A stretch of 62,427 nt of DNA, counting the filler. It is 8 parts of 8 records of this genome, joined end to end, with 100 filler letters (N's around TTAATTAATTAA, not from the genome) between each part and the next. Parts side by side here need not be neighbours in the genome. Positions count along the whole stretch, not along the records: positions 8,855 to 24,577 come from SRR31156797_46273; positions 24,678 to 30,344 come from SRR31156797_46315; positions 30,445 to 36,476 come from SRR31156797_46345; 5 more parts are not named here. One strand, 5' to 3'. Every line of letters starts with the position of its first letter. Position 1 is the first letter of the stretch. Shown here one piece after another: positions 20,022-30,622 of this stretch. The notes under the pieces are model-generated. The model searched no databases and was not told the origin of the DNA. It saw only the letters and a program-made list of their open reading frames with translations. A program made the position numbers and the translations under genes.

Positions 20022-20366
20022 TTACGAGGCCATTGCAGCCAACCGGGCGAAGCCTGCCGGATCACTAATGGCCATATCTGCCAGCACCTTACGATCCAGA
20101 ACAACACCCGCCTTGTTAAGGGCCCCCATCAATCGACTGTAGGAAAGCCCGTGGGCACGGGCCGCCGCATTAATCCTGATAATCCACAACTTTCGAAAAT
20201 CACGTTTCCGAACTCTGCGGTCGCGGTATTCATACATCCCGGCGCGCATCACAGCACTTTCAGCTGTCCTGTACTGTTTACTGTGTCCTCCCCGGTATCC
20301 TTTTGCAGCTTTTAATACTTTTTTTCTTCTTCTTCTGGCTTTAAAGCCTCTTTTAACCCTTGGCAT
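20022..20366 (-). CDS. rplT: 50S ribosomal protein L20
   Basis: [32 protein letters not shown]. Confidence 0.98.
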   Translation of the reverse strand: MPRVKRGFKARRRRKKVLKAAKGYRGGHSKQYRTAESAVMRAGMYEYRDRRVRKRDFRKLWIIRINAAARAHGLSYSRLMGALNKAGVVLDRKVLADMAISDPAGFARLAAMAS

Positions 20367-20421
20367 GACAAACCTCGTTGTTGCGGTTATTCGTTTAGAA
20401 TTATGTTAAGAAACCGGAAAA

Positions 20422-20619
20422 CTAGCGATATGGAATCATCCGCTTGACACCTTTCAAATTAGCCGGATCCAATACGCTTGACTTTCGAAGATTCCGTTTT
20501 CTCTTTGTACTTTTCTTGGTGAGGATATGGCTCGAAAAAGCTTTATTTCTCACAATTTTTCCAGAACCGCTGGTTTTAAACCGTTTGGCCGCCCCGCGGT
20601 TGGTCTTCATTTTAGGCAT
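20422..20619 (-). CDS. rpmI: 50S ribosomal protein L35
   Basis: [29 protein letters not shown]. Confidence 0.98.
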   Translation of the reverse strand: MPKMKTNRGAAKRFKTSGSGKIVRNKAFSSHILTKKSTKRKRNLRKSSVLDPANLKGVKRMIPYR

Positions 20620-20759
20620 TATTATCCTCCACTACACCATACGACCCTTACGGAAAAAACAGCGATCTCCCTAATCTCCGCCACAGACGAAAGATCATAA
20701 AGGCAAGGGGTGCCCCTGCTTCTACGGTGCTGAACCCGAAAGAGCTTATATTGTTTTCG

Positions 20760-21278
20760 TTATTTTGGAACAATGACCATGGTCATTCGATTCCGAGCCT
20801 CCCTGGCAGGAGGTTGGTCCACGGTTCCGATTTCCGAAACTTCTTCAGCCACGCGTTTCAGAAGATCATCACCAGCCTTCATAAACGCCATCTCCCGCCC
20901 ACGGAAAAAGACGCTCACTTTCACCCGGTGTTTTTTATCTAAGAATTTCTTCAAATTCCTGACCTTGAATCCAAGATCGTGATCTTCAGTGTGAGGCCGA
21001 AGTTTAATTTCCTTCATCTGACCGCCCCGGGTCTTCTTGCGCGCCTCCTGAACTTTCTTACTGGCCTCGTACCGGAACTTGCCGTAATCCATTACGCGAC
21101 AGACGGGCGGATCCGAATTGGGCGCTACCTCAACCAGATCCAACCCTTCGTCTCTGGCCTCGTTCAGAGCGTCCTCAAGAGACAAAATTCCCAACTGTTC
21201 TCCATGGGAGGAGATCAGTCTCACTTGCCTGGAGCGGATCTTCTCATTGATCCTTACTTCGTCCGTTTTTTTTCTTAT
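20760..21278 (-). CDS. infC: Translation initiation factor IF-3 (probable ATA start at 21278)
   Basis: [51 protein letters not shown] lies 8 nt before ATA. Confidence 0.96.
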   Translation of the reverse strand: MRKKTDEVRINEKIRSRQVRLISSHGEQLGILSLEDALNEARDEGLDLVEVAPNSDPPVCRVMDYGKFRYEASKKVQEARKKTRGGQMKEIKLRPHTEDHDLGFKVRNLKKFLDKKHRVKVSVFFRGREMAFMKAGDDLLKRVAEEVSEIGTVDQPPAREARNRMTMVIVPK

Positions 21279-23197
21279 TGCCATTCCCTCCTCTGTCTGC
21301 ACTCCTTGGTAATCAGGTCAATAAACTCATTTGCCCCCATCAAAGAGAGGTTTTGACCATTCCTTTTCCTTGGGGTTACACCATCATTATCGCATTCTTT
21401 ATCCCCAATAATCAACATATAAGGAATCTTTTTTACCTGGGCTCCCCTGACCTTGAGACCCAACTTCTCATTTCTGAAGTCGGACACCACCCGAATCCCC
21501 GCCGTCAGAAGCGCATTTTTCACCTTTTCACCAAACGGAATATTCCGGTCCGTCACCGTCAGGACGGCAACCTGCACCGGGGCCAGCCAGGTGGGAAAAG
21601 CGCCGGCATAATGCTCTATGAGAACGCCGATAAAGCGCTCAATAGCCCCGAGTATCACCCTGTGAATCATAACGGGCCGGTGTTTTTCGCCATCTTTTCC
21701 AATGAAGGTCAAGTCAAATTTTTCAGGGAGCGTAAAGTCACATTGAATGGTCGCACACTGCCATTTTCGACCTAAGGCATCTTCAAGTTTGACATCGATC
21801 TTGGGACCATAAAAGGCGCCATCACCTTCATTAATCTCATAGTCCAGTTGAAGCTCGTCCATGGCTTTTTTAAGGGCCTGGGTGGCCAGATCCCAGTCTT
21901 CATCGGAACCGATGGATTTTTCCGGGCGTGTGCTGATCTCCAGCTCATAATCGAACTGAAAAATCCCCATCACTTCTTTTACAAAATCAAGGACACCCTT
22001 AATCTCGCCGTTGAGCTGTTCAGGGGTACAGAGAATGTGAGCGTCATCCTGGGTAAATTCCCGGACCCGGAAAAGACCGTGCAAAACCCCTGAACGCTCG
22101 TGCCGATGCACCGTCCCCAATTCGAAATATCGCTTGGGCAGATCGCGATAACTTCTTATTTTAGAACCGTAAATCAGCATGTGGGAAAGACAATTCATGG
22201 GTTTCATGCCGTAGGACACGCCGTCAATCTCGGTAAAATACATATTTTCGCGGTAGTTGTCAAAATGACCGGATTTTTTCCACAAATCCGTCTTGAGGAC
22301 CTCCGGGCCTCTCGCCAGGTCATAGCCCCTTTTGAGATGTTCCGAAATCTCAAAATCCTCCAGGAGGTAACGCAACATGGCACCGTTGGGGTGCCAGACA
22401 ACCATTCCCGCACCCACCTCTTCATGGGTGCTGAAAAGTTCCAACTGGGCCCCGAGCCTCACGTGATTCCGTTTTCGGGCCTCCTCCAACATGTGGAGAT
22501 GCTTTTTTAACTGCTTTTTGTCGGAAAATCCCACGCCGTATATGCGGCTCAACATGGGCCGATGTTCATCACCCCGCCAGTATGCACCGGCCACCTTGGT
22601 CAAATGAAACGCTTTAATCATACCGGTTCGAGGGATATGCGGCCCGCGGCAGAGATCCGTGAAACTCCCTTGGGTGTATAGGGACACCGTCTCCGCTTCA
22701 AGGTCGTTAATGAGCTCAACCTTGTAATCCTCACCCTGATCTTTAAAAAAAGCCATCGCTTCCGAACCGGGCATCTCTTTTCTGGTAAAGGGAAGATCAG
22801 ACTTTATGATCTCATTCATCTTTTCTTCCACACCGGCAAGGTCATCCTCCCTGAAAGGCCTTTCGTAATCAAAATCGTAGTAAAAGCCATGCTTAACAGC
22901 GGGCCCGATGGTCACTTTTACGCCGGGAAACAGTTCTTTAACGGCCATGGCCATCACGTGGGAAGTGCTGTGGCGAAGAATTTCCAAACCCTCATCCGAA
23001 TGCAGGTAAACAGGTTCCAGCTCCGCATTAAGATCCATCTCAGCCGAAAGATCCTGAAGAATCCCGTTCATCTTCACCGCCACCACCCGGTCCAAGCCAC
23101 CCACCTTCAGGTGCTCCAACGCCTTTTTGCCCGACAGTGTTTGAGCCTCCACCTGTATGGCAGCCTTGCCTTTTACACGGATTGAATATACGTTCAT
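21275..23197 (-). CDS. thrS: Threonyl-tRNA synthetase (start uncertain; ATG 23197 preferred)
   Basis: [57 protein letters not shown]. Confidence 0.98.
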   Translation of the reverse strand: MNVYSIRVKGKAAIQVEAQTLSGKKALEHLKVGGLDRVVAVKMNGILQDLSAEMDLNAELEPVYLHSDEGLEILRHSTSHVMAMAVKELFPGVKVTIGPAVKHGFYYDFDYERPFREDDLAGVEEKMNEIIKSDLPFTRKEMPGSEAMAFFKDQGEDYKVELINDLEAETVSLYTQGSFTDLCRGPHIPRTGMIKAFHLTKVAGAYWRGDEHRPMLSRIYGVGFSDKKQLKKHLHMLEEARKRNHVRLGAQLELFSTHEEVGAGMVVWHPNGAMLRYLLEDFEISEHLKRGYDLARGPEVLKTDLWKKSGHFDNYRENMYFTEIDGVSYGMKPMNCLSHMLIYGSKIRSYRDLPKRYFELGTVHRHERSGVLHGLFRVREFTQDDAHILCTPEQLNGEIKGVLDFVKEVMGIFQFDYELEISTRPEKSIGSDEDWDLATQALKKAMDELQLDYEINEGDGAFYGPKIDVKLEDALGRKWQCATIQCDFTLPEKFDLTFIGKDGEKHRPVMIHRVILGAIERFIGVLIEHYAGAFPTWLAPVQVAVLTVTDRNIPFGEKVKNALLTAGIRVVSDFRNEKLGLKVRGAQVKKIPYMLIIGDKECDNDGVTPRKRNGQNLSLMGANEFIDLITKECRQRREWQ

Positions 23198-23220
23198 AAA
23201 GATAATCACCAAAGAAAATA

Positions 23221-23275
23221 AGGCATCTGACTTGTAGGGACAAGGCATGCCTTGGCGCTACTTCTCAAAATGCCT
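23221..23275. repeat. GTAG-type REP-like palindrome upstream of thrS
   Basis: GTAGGGACAAGGCATGCCTTGGCGCTAC nested inside AGGCAT...ATGCCT. Confidence 0.6.
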
Positions 23276-23697
23276 CATGGATGTCAACATCAACGTTTAA
23301 CTGGCGTTCACAAAAATATTCCACACGCTTCCAAAAAGGATTGAGCGTCACTCATACAGCAGCTACGGCACACTCCAAGCTTGGCAGATGGCAAAGCAAC
23401 CCCTTGATTTCATTTGGCATGAAGCGTTCTAAAAGACCCAACTTAATGGGCAAATGCAGCCAAATCTAAAAATATCCGGACTTTATAAACAATAACATTA
23501 TGAAATGCAAGCAAAAAATATCCAGCAAGCGAATCCGTTTTCACGATCCATCCCGTGTGCGACACCAAATCGGGGTAGCACACATGAGAGAATTCATTTT
23601 TTCACGCCCATAAAAAAGTTTGTTGAAAAATGTCATTAAAAAAACTAGGCTCCCGATAGATTCCAAAATTTCAGGATAAGGATCATGAGAGGATGAA

Positions 23698-24577
23698 ATG
23701 GCCCAATGCACTTCCCGACTTGCCGCTGCCGCTCCAAAAACAGCCCTCCTGACCATTTTCATTTTTCTTACAGGCCTTTTTTCGCTTAATGGGCCACAGC
23801 CGACCGCCAGAATGGTCACCGACGAACTGGGACGGAAAATGAACGTTCCCGACGACCTGAAACGGGTCGTTTCCCTGGCGCCGAGCATTACCGAAATCAT
23901 CTTCGCCCTGGGCAAGGAGGATCTTTTAAAAGGCGTGTCGCGGTTCAGCGATTTTCCGCCCGCAGCCCAAAAGCTGCCGCGCGTGGGCTCCTACGTTCAC
24001 CTGGATCTTGAAAGGATCGTAGCCCTGAAACCGGATCTTTGCATCGGCATAAAGGAAGGAAACCCCATCGCGGTGGTCAGGAAACTGGAACATTTGGGCA
24101 TCCCCGTTTATGCGGGGGACCCCAAAAACCTGAACGCTGTCCTCGAAACCATCCTTCAACTGGGGAAACTCCTGGGCGCCGACCAAAAGGCACATGCCAT
24201 TGTTTCCGATTTGCGCGCCCGCATAGAACGGGTGAAATCCCTGGTGGCCACATCACCCCACAGACCCGGTGTTTTTTTTCAGATCGGCATCTCGCCCATT
24301 GTTTCCGCGGGCACCGAGACCTATATTCACGAATTGATCGTCATGGGCGGGGGCAGAAATCTTGCGGAAGGTCCCGTACCCTACCCCAGGTACAGTCGTG
24401 AACAGGTACTGGGTCTTTCCCCCGACGTTTTGATCATCACCTCCATGGCCAGGGGCGCCAGTTTTGAACGCGTCAAGAAACAGTGGCAAAAATGGCCCTC
24501 CATGCCCGCGGTTCGGAACAACCGCATCCTCCTCATGGATTCCGATATCCTCGACCGTCCCACACCCAGGCTCATTG
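23698..24577 (+). CDS. BtuF-like cobalamin/metal-chelate periplasmic binding protein (3' truncated)
   Basis: TDELGRK, RVVSLAPSITEIIFALG, LERIVALKPDL, PAVRNNRI, DRPTPRL. Confidence 0.85.
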
Positions 24578-24677
24578 NNNNNNNNNNNNNNNNNNNNNNN
24601 NNNNNNNNNNNNNNNNNNNNNTTAATTAATTAANNNNNNNNNNNNNNNNNNNNNNNNNNNNNNNNNNNNNNNNNNNN
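24578..24677. other. Artificial contig spacer
   Basis: N44-TTAATTAATTAA-N44. Confidence 0.99.
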
Positions 24678-25036
24678 GCTAAAAACAGGTTTAATTCTGC
24701 CAAAACAACACCTGGCTCAACAACTACATAGTTCTCATCTTTGTTGAATTCCAATATATTATTCATGTATTTCGAAATGTCAACCACAATTCCACTACCC
24801 ACAACCTGACCTGCCAATGATGTTCCGGCCCCACGCGGAATAACCGACGATTTGTTTTTAAGGGCAAATTCGATTATTCTTTTTATATCCTCTTTGTTTT
24901 TAGGCTTGGTAACAGCCAGTGGCATTTCTTTGTATTGAGAGGCATCGGTGGAATACAAAACACGTTGAACATTGTCGATAAAAAGATCACCACCAAGGGT
25001 GGTTTTAAGCTCGTTGAATTTAGTAGTGATTGTCAT
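24678..25036 (-). CDS. FAD-binding oxidoreductase (GlcD/D-lactate dehydrogenase-like), N-terminal part
   Basis: YSTDAS, PRGAGTSLAGQ, VVEPGVVL. Confidence 0.88.
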
Positions 25037-25064
25037 ACGAATTATTTGAATTCATTCTGTCGGG

Positions 25065-25251
25065 CAAAGATATATGTAATATGTCGTACAAAAAAGAATG
25101 TTTTTTATTTCTTAAGTTAGATTTATTTTGAATTGGTAAGAATGTAAGATTGAGTTTTACAGGAAATTTGAACTTGTTTCATTAGGTGAAATTCTAATTT
25201 GCATGAAATATCATTTCCGGAAAGGCAATTATGTATATATCTGTATATTTG
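25065..25251. promoter_or_regulatory. Divergent Bacteroidota-type -7 promoter elements
   Basis: TATCTTTG on minus (25065-25072) and TATATTTG on plus (25244-25251); both match TAnnTTTG. Confidence 0.6.
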
Positions 25252-25338
25252 TAGCTGATGTTGAAATGTTTTGTAATTGCATTAAATTAGCAATTAGATA
25301 AACATACTATTAATACTAATAGCTTAAGGAAAAGATAA

Positions 25339-26511
25339 ATGATTGAGTTTAAAGAGGCTCTGGAAATAATCATCAATAATACAGTGCAGCCTGAATTGGA
25401 AAAAGTATCATTAGGCAATGCTCACAACCGTGTTCTGGCAGAAGATGTATACTCAGATGTTGCCCTTCCCCCATTTGATAAATCAGCAATGGATGGTTTT
25501 GCTTGTCGTAGTCGGGATATTTCCAATAGTTTGGAGATTATAGCAACTATTGCTGCCGGTCAGCAACCTCAAAAAACAATTGGAGCAAACCAGTGTGCTA
25601 AAATAATGACCGGAGCTGTTGTTCCTTACGGAGCGGATTGTGTGGTTATGAAAGAGTATGCAGTTGAAAAGGATGGAGAAGTTTCTTTTTCTATTGGAAA
25701 ATCAAAATCGAATATCTGCTACATGGGTGAAGATGTACAGATTGGAGATCTGGTTTTACCAAAAAACACCCTTTTGTCTCCACGTCATATTCCTGTTTTA
25801 GCTGGTGCCGGCATTACCGAACCCATGGTTTATAAGCAACCCATAGTAACTGTTTTTGCTACAGGCAGCGAACTTGTTGAACCCAACCAGAAACCTTTAT
25901 CTTTTCAAATACGAAATTCAAATTCATCGCAAATGATGGCTCAACTGGATGACCTGGAGATTAAAGGGAATTATGGCGGAATAATTGGCGATGTTTATGA
26001 AGACACAAAAAATAATATCTCTCTTGCTTTTGAAAACAGCGATGTTGTGATATTGTCAGGAGGTGTCTCAGAGGGTGATTTTGATTTTATTCCATCGGTA
26101 ATGAATGAATTAGGATTTGAATTACTAGTAACCCGTGTTGCTATACAGCCCGGTAAACCAATATTATTTGCGCGAAAAGAGAATAAATATTGTTTTGGTT
26201 TATCCGGAAATCCTGTGTCTTCATTCATTCAGTTTGAATTGTTTTTAAAACCATTCTTGCACAAAATGATGGGGTATAATTTTGAACCGGAAATAGTACA
26301 GGCTCGGCTTACTCATGATTTTTACAGGAAGAAGAATGATCGTTTAAAATTGAGTCCGGTATATTTAGCAAATGATAAAACCCTGAAACAGGTTGAATTT
26401 CATGGGTCGGCACATATAAACTCATTTGTAAATGCAAATGGTTTAATGATTGTTCCCAGAGGTGTTTCTGAATTAAAAAAAGGGGAGATAGTTAATGTTA
26501 GACGCTTATAA
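25339..26511 (+). CDS. moeA: Molybdopterin molybdotransferase
   Basis: PPFDKSAMDGFA, IMTGAVVP, TGSEL, SGGVSEGDFD, PGKP, GNPVS. Confidence 0.96.
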   Translation: MIEFKEALEIIINNTVQPELEKVSLGNAHNRVLAEDVYSDVALPPFDKSAMDGFACRSRDISNSLEIIATIAAGQQPQKTIGANQCAKIMTGAVVPYGADCVVMKEYAVEKDGEVSFSIGKSKSNICYMGEDVQIGDLVLPKNTLLSPRHIPVLAGAGITEPMVYKQPIVTVFATGSELVEPNQKPLSFQIRNSNSSQMMAQLDDLEIKGNYGGIIGDVYEDTKNNISLAFENSDVVILSGGVSEGDFDFIPSVMNELGFELLVTRVAIQPGKPILFARKENKYCFGLSGNPVSSFIQFELFLKPFLHKMMGYNFEPEIVQARLTHDFYRKKNDRLKLSPVYLANDKTLKQVEFHGSAHINSFVNANGLMIVPRGVSELKKGEIVNVRRL

Positions 26512-27298
26512 AAGGGAAATAAATTACTTACGTATATCGGTTACCGATCGATGCAACCTGCGTTGCACATACTGTATGCCTGCCAAAGGTATTGCGTTGA
26601 TGCCGCATGACGAGATTCTGACTTTGGAACAAATAGCAGAGGTTGTACGTGTTGGAGCTGAAAAATTTGGCATAACAAGAATTCGTCTGACAGGAGGTGA
26701 ACCTTTGGTTCGAAAAGGAATTGTACAATTGGTTACTATGTTGCATGCTATAAAAAAAATTGAAGAGATTGCTCTTACCACAAATGGAGTATTACTTCCG
26801 GAGTATGCTGTAGAACTAAAGAAAGCCGGATTAAGGCGTGTTAATATCAGTCTTGATTCTTTATCTCCTGAGAAATACAGAGCTATTACCCGAACCGGAA
26901 ATATTAAAGATGTTTTATCCGGTATCCAGGCAGCGAAAAATGCACAACTTTATCCCATAAAAATAAATGTCGTAAAAAACGGCTTATCGGATCAAAAGGA
27001 GTTGGATGAGTTAAAGGTTTACTGTGAGAAAGAAGGATTGAAAATTCAGTTTATACGCCAAATGGATTTAGAAAGTGGTTATTTTTCGCAGGTTGAAGGA
27101 GGAAATGGAGGAAACTGTGCCATTTGTAACCGTTTACGTTTAACCGCAAACGGCTTTTTAAAACCTTGTTTATTTAGTAATAAAGCTTTTAACATAAAAG
27201 AATTTGGCATTGAAAAGGCATTTGAGGCAGCGCTACAGAATAAACCGGAGAAAGGGACAATAAGCAATGTTCATCGTTTTTACAACATCGGAGGATGA
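26495..27298 (+). CDS. moaA: GTP 3',8-cyclase (short form)
   Basis: YLRISVTDRCNLRCTYC, TGGEPL, CxxCNRLRL...KPCL, C-terminal IGG. Confidence 0.93.
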   Translation: MLDAYKREINYLRISVTDRCNLRCTYCMPAKGIALMPHDEILTLEQIAEVVRVGAEKFGITRIRLTGGEPLVRKGIVQLVTMLHAIKKIEEIALTTNGVLLPEYAVELKKAGLRRVNISLDSLSPEKYRAITRTGNIKDVLSGIQAAKNAQLYPIKINVVKNGLSDQKELDELKVYCEKEGLKIQFIRQMDLESGYFSQVEGGNGGNCAICNRLRLTANGFLKPCLFSNKAFNIKEFGIEKAFEAALQNKPEKGTISNVHRFYNIGG

Positions 27299-27747
27299 TT
27301 ATGAGTAAACTATCGCATATAAACAAAAAGGGAGAAGCCAATATGGTAGATGTTTCATCAAAGCCAGATCAATCCCGTACAGCAAAAGCTGAAGGTTGTA
27401 TTTCTCTCAGCAGCGAAACGCTTAAACTGGTAAATGATAACGTGTTAAAGAAAGGTGATGTGTTGTCAACGGCCCGAATTGCCGGAATCATGGGAGCCAA
27501 ACAAACCTCCACTCTAATTCCCTTATGCCATCCGATACAACTTTCGAAGGTGGAGGTGGAATTTGATGTACAAGCGAATGGAATAAAGGTAATGGCATTA
27601 AGTAAATGTATAGGAAAAACAGGTGTTGAAATGGAAGCTTTAACAGCTGTAAATGTGGCTTTGCTTACCATTTATGATATGTGTAAGGCTGTGGATAAAA
27701 ATATGGTAATGTATGATATAAAATTGATCAGTAAAACGAAAGAATAG
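27295..27747 (+). CDS. moaC: Cyclic pyranopterin monophosphate synthase
   Basis: MVDVS, KGDVL, LIPLCHP, TGVEMEALT, IYDMCKA. Confidence 0.96.
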   Translation: MIMSKLSHINKKGEANMVDVSSKPDQSRTAKAEGCISLSSETLKLVNDNVLKKGDVLSTARIAGIMGAKQTSTLIPLCHPIQLSKVEVEFDVQANGIKVMALSKCIGKTGVEMEALTAVNVALLTIYDMCKAVDKNMVMYDIKLISKTKE

Positions 27748-27749
27748 AA

Positions 27750-28685
27750 ATGACTCAGTTTAAAATACGATCATTAAATATTTCAGAAAAAAAAGGTACT
27801 GTTAAATTCCCAACCGATTCGATCCGTCTTGATTCAAAAGGAGTTGTTGGCGATGCTCATGCCGGTGATTGGCACAGACAGGTAAGCTTATTGGGCATTG
27901 AAAGTTATCATAGAATGGAAGCAAAAAAGCCAGGTACCAAACTTGATTTAGGAGTATTTGCCGAAAATATTACCACCGAAGGACTTGAGCTTTATAAAAC
28001 AAATGTATTTGATCGTTTTGTTAACGAAACAGTTGAATTAGAAGTTACCCAGATTGGTAAAAAATGCCATCATGGATGCGAGATAATGAAACAAATAGGT
28101 GATTGTGTGATGCCTGTAGAAGGAATATTTTGCAAAGTGATAAAAGAAGGGAATCTTAACAATGAGAGCATATTGAAATACATTCCCAGAATTATTAAGG
28201 TTCTTATACTTACCCTCAGTGACCGGGCTTTTAATGGGGTGTACGAAGATCGCAGTGGACCTATGGCCCAAAAGAATATGGAACAGTTTTTTAATTCCTA
28301 TGGACGATATTTTAAAATAGACAGAAAAGTTCTACCGGACTGTAAAAACGAGATTGAAGCAACAATACTGGATGCCAGGGAGGCACAATACGATATTGTT
28401 TTAACAACAGGAGGCACAGGGCTGGGAAAAAGAGACATTACACCGGATGTGATAAAACCGCTGTTTGATAAAGAGATTCCGGGAATAATGGAACATATTC
28501 GTTTAAAGTATGGGGCAGAAAAACCTAATGCTTTGGTAAGCCGGAGCATTGCTGGTGTAATAGAAAATACACTTGTTTATGTTTTGCCGGGAAGTGTTAA
28601 AGCTGTGAACGAGTATCTAAACGAAATAGTCCCAACAATCGAACATTCCTTGCGAATGATCCATGGAGTTGATAATCATTCTTAG
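27750..28685 (+). CDS. MOSC-domain / MogA-MoaB molybdopterin adenylyltransferase fusion
   Basis: N-half GDAHAG.WHRQVSLL, FAENITT, TQIGKKCH.GC; C-half LSDR, DRSGP, TTGGTG..RDITP, PGSVKAV. Confidence 0.9.
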   Translation: MTQFKIRSLNISEKKGTVKFPTDSIRLDSKGVVGDAHAGDWHRQVSLLGIESYHRMEAKKPGTKLDLGVFAENITTEGLELYKTNVFDRFVNETVELEVTQIGKKCHHGCEIMKQIGDCVMPVEGIFCKVIKEGNLNNESILKYIPRIIKVLILTLSDRAFNGVYEDRSGPMAQKNMEQFFNSYGRYFKIDRKVLPDCKNEIEATILDAREAQYDIVLTTGGTGLGKRDITPDVIKPLFDKEIPGIMEHIRLKYGAEKPNALVSRSIAGVIENTLVYVLPGSVKAVNEYLNEIVPTIEHSLRMIHGVDNHS

Positions 28686-28871
28686 TACATTAGCTTTACT
28701 ATCTGGTTAAGCAATTATTGAATTGTTTTCCTTCAATGGTGCAACTTATTTTGCGTTAATTTGAAATTTTTGCTCCTGTTACAAAATGCTAATACATATT
28801 CGTGGTTTAATTTATTGCGTTTAACAATAATTTTCCTGATCTTTTACCTTGAATAAAACGAAAACCAGACC

Positions 28872-29978
28872 ATGAGATTCTTTTTAAAGCTGTTTACCTT
28901 ACTTTTTTTATTAGTTTGTTCAACTACAGTAGTAAAAGCTCAACAAAAAGCAAAAAAAGATAGTACCAAAAATGTAAATTTTGCAGCGATTCCCGTAATT
29001 AATTATAATAATTCGTTAGGAACAATGGTTGGTGGAATGGCTTCAATGTTTTATAAATTGAATCCAAATGATACGATTTCTCCTTCTTCGTCCACCATGC
29101 TTGCCGGCATATATACATCTAATAAATCGTGGATGGGAATAGTTTTGCAAAAGTTTTATTTTGCAGAAGATAAATGGCGTGCAAAACTGATTGGTGGAAC
29201 TGGTGTATATTATTTTCAATATTTTCAAGGACTACCTTCGGGGCCGGGAAGAGCACTGAAAGATGGTATCTGGATTGATTTTGACACCGAAGTTAAGTTT
29301 TTGATGGCAGAGGTTCAACGAAAAGTTCTTTCTGATTTTTATGTGGGTTTGGAGGCTATTTTTGCTAATGCCAATACTACATTTGATATAACAATAGGCC
29401 CATGGCAGCCAAAAGAAGAGTCAGATATTAATAGTTTAGGATATACATTCCTGTATGATAATCGGGATAATGTAAATTTTCCCGTTAAAGGGTTGTATCT
29501 AAATTATAAGAACCGTTTTATTCGCGACTGGATCGGTTCTACAGAGAACTACGACAATTACGAAGTGGCTTTCAATCATTTTTGGGATATTAAAAAGAAT
29601 AGTAAATCAGTTTTGGTTTCGCGTTTATATGCCAATATAGCGGCTGGCGATGTTCCTTTTCAAGGCCAAAGCCATATCGGTGGTGATGACCTGCGTGGTT
29701 ATTCAAAAGGTGAGTTCAGGGGGAATCAGGTTTATACAATCCAAACTGAACTGAGGCAAAATGTGTACAAAAAATTTGGTATGGTTGGATTTGTAGGGAT
29801 TGGTTCTGCAGTGGACAAGATCGGTGATATTCCGCATGAAGACCTGTTACCTGGTTTCGGGATTGGACTTCGTTACCTCATGATCGAAAAAGAGAAAATA
29901 AATATTGGGGTTGATGTCGGGGTTGGTAAAAACGACTGGAGTCTGACTTTCCGCATTGGGGAAGCGTTTAGTCGCTAA
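28872..29978 (+). CDS. Omp85/BamA-TamA-like outer-membrane beta-barrel lacking POTRA domains
   Basis: Signal peptide, YDNRDN..FP.KG, LRGY, terminal IGEAF. Confidence 0.82.
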   Translation: MRFFLKLFTLLFLLVCSTTVVKAQQKAKKDSTKNVNFAAIPVINYNNSLGTMVGGMASMFYKLNPNDTISPSSSTMLAGIYTSNKSWMGIVLQKFYFAEDKWRAKLIGGTGVYYFQYFQGLPSGPGRALKDGIWIDFDTEVKFLMAEVQRKVLSDFYVGLEAIFANANTTFDITIGPWQPKEESDINSLGYTFLYDNRDNVNFPVKGLYLNYKNRFIRDWIGSTENYDNYEVAFNHFWDIKKNSKSVLVSRLYANIAAGDVPFQGQSHIGGDDLRGYSKGEFRGNQVYTIQTELRQNVYKKFGMVGFVGIGSAVDKIGDIPHEDLLPGFGIGLRYLMIEKEKINIGVDVGVGKNDWSLTFRIGEAFSR

Positions 29979-30344
29979 TCTTTAATTTTATTTTACAGTT
30001 AGTGGTAAAACCTCTTCTAATTAGGACCAGGCTTTACAAACTTGCCTAACGGATTTTCCTCAGCAGTGATGGTAGATAGGGAGCATCGCAGCTGCTTTAG
30101 TTGTTATAAACTTTTAATTCACTATTTAGGGAAGTATAGATTCTTGCTCTTATTTCATCTTTTTCTTTAATATTTCCTGTCAGTAGCGCAGGCAGGTATT
30201 CAACCTATAAAACCTATATATTTCCAGTTTATAGTAGTTGCGTTCTCAATTTGTAAAAAGATTCGATATTAGCTTAGTTCGCATAAAAGTCTTAAACAAT
30301 TGTGGTTTTGGTGAATCAAATCTTTGTTTTATACGTATTAGGTA

Positions 30345-30444
30345 NNNNNNNNNNNNNNNNNNNNNNNNNNNNNNNNNNNNNNNNNNNNTTAATTAATTAA
30401 NNNNNNNNNNNNNNNNNNNNNNNNNNNNNNNNNNNNNNNNNNNN
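30345..30444. other. Artificial contig spacer
   Basis: N44-TTAATTAATTAA-N44. Confidence 0.99.
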
Positions 30445-30622
30445 AACTTCAGAGAAGTTGAATATCTATAGAGAATAAAAATATATGCCCCATAATCATA
30501 CAACTGCTGAGGAGTTGCACATGGACAAAAGCAAATTCAGTATAGAAAATTATTTACCGGGCAACAATGATTTATTACATTTAAGGTGAAATAAGCAAAG
30601 AAACCTTGAAACATTAAATTTT

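Noticed and set aside
23198-23248. N-terminal extension of ThrS (MPCPYK...)
   Set aside because: The ATG comes from the REP-like palindrome and has no supporting RBS.
23470-23697. Possible cobalamin riboswitch upstream of the BtuF-like gene
   Set aside because: I could not find the conserved B12-box or core motifs by eye; an Rfam scan would settle it.
25121-25338. Possible Moco riboswitch or ModE box before moeA
   Set aside because: Only AT-rich TATATA-like sequence; insufficient match to either element.
29979-30344. Non-coding contig tail with a weak hairpin (CAGC..TGATG/CATCG..GCTG)
   Set aside because: A single imperfect stem with no repeat array or recognisable RNA family.
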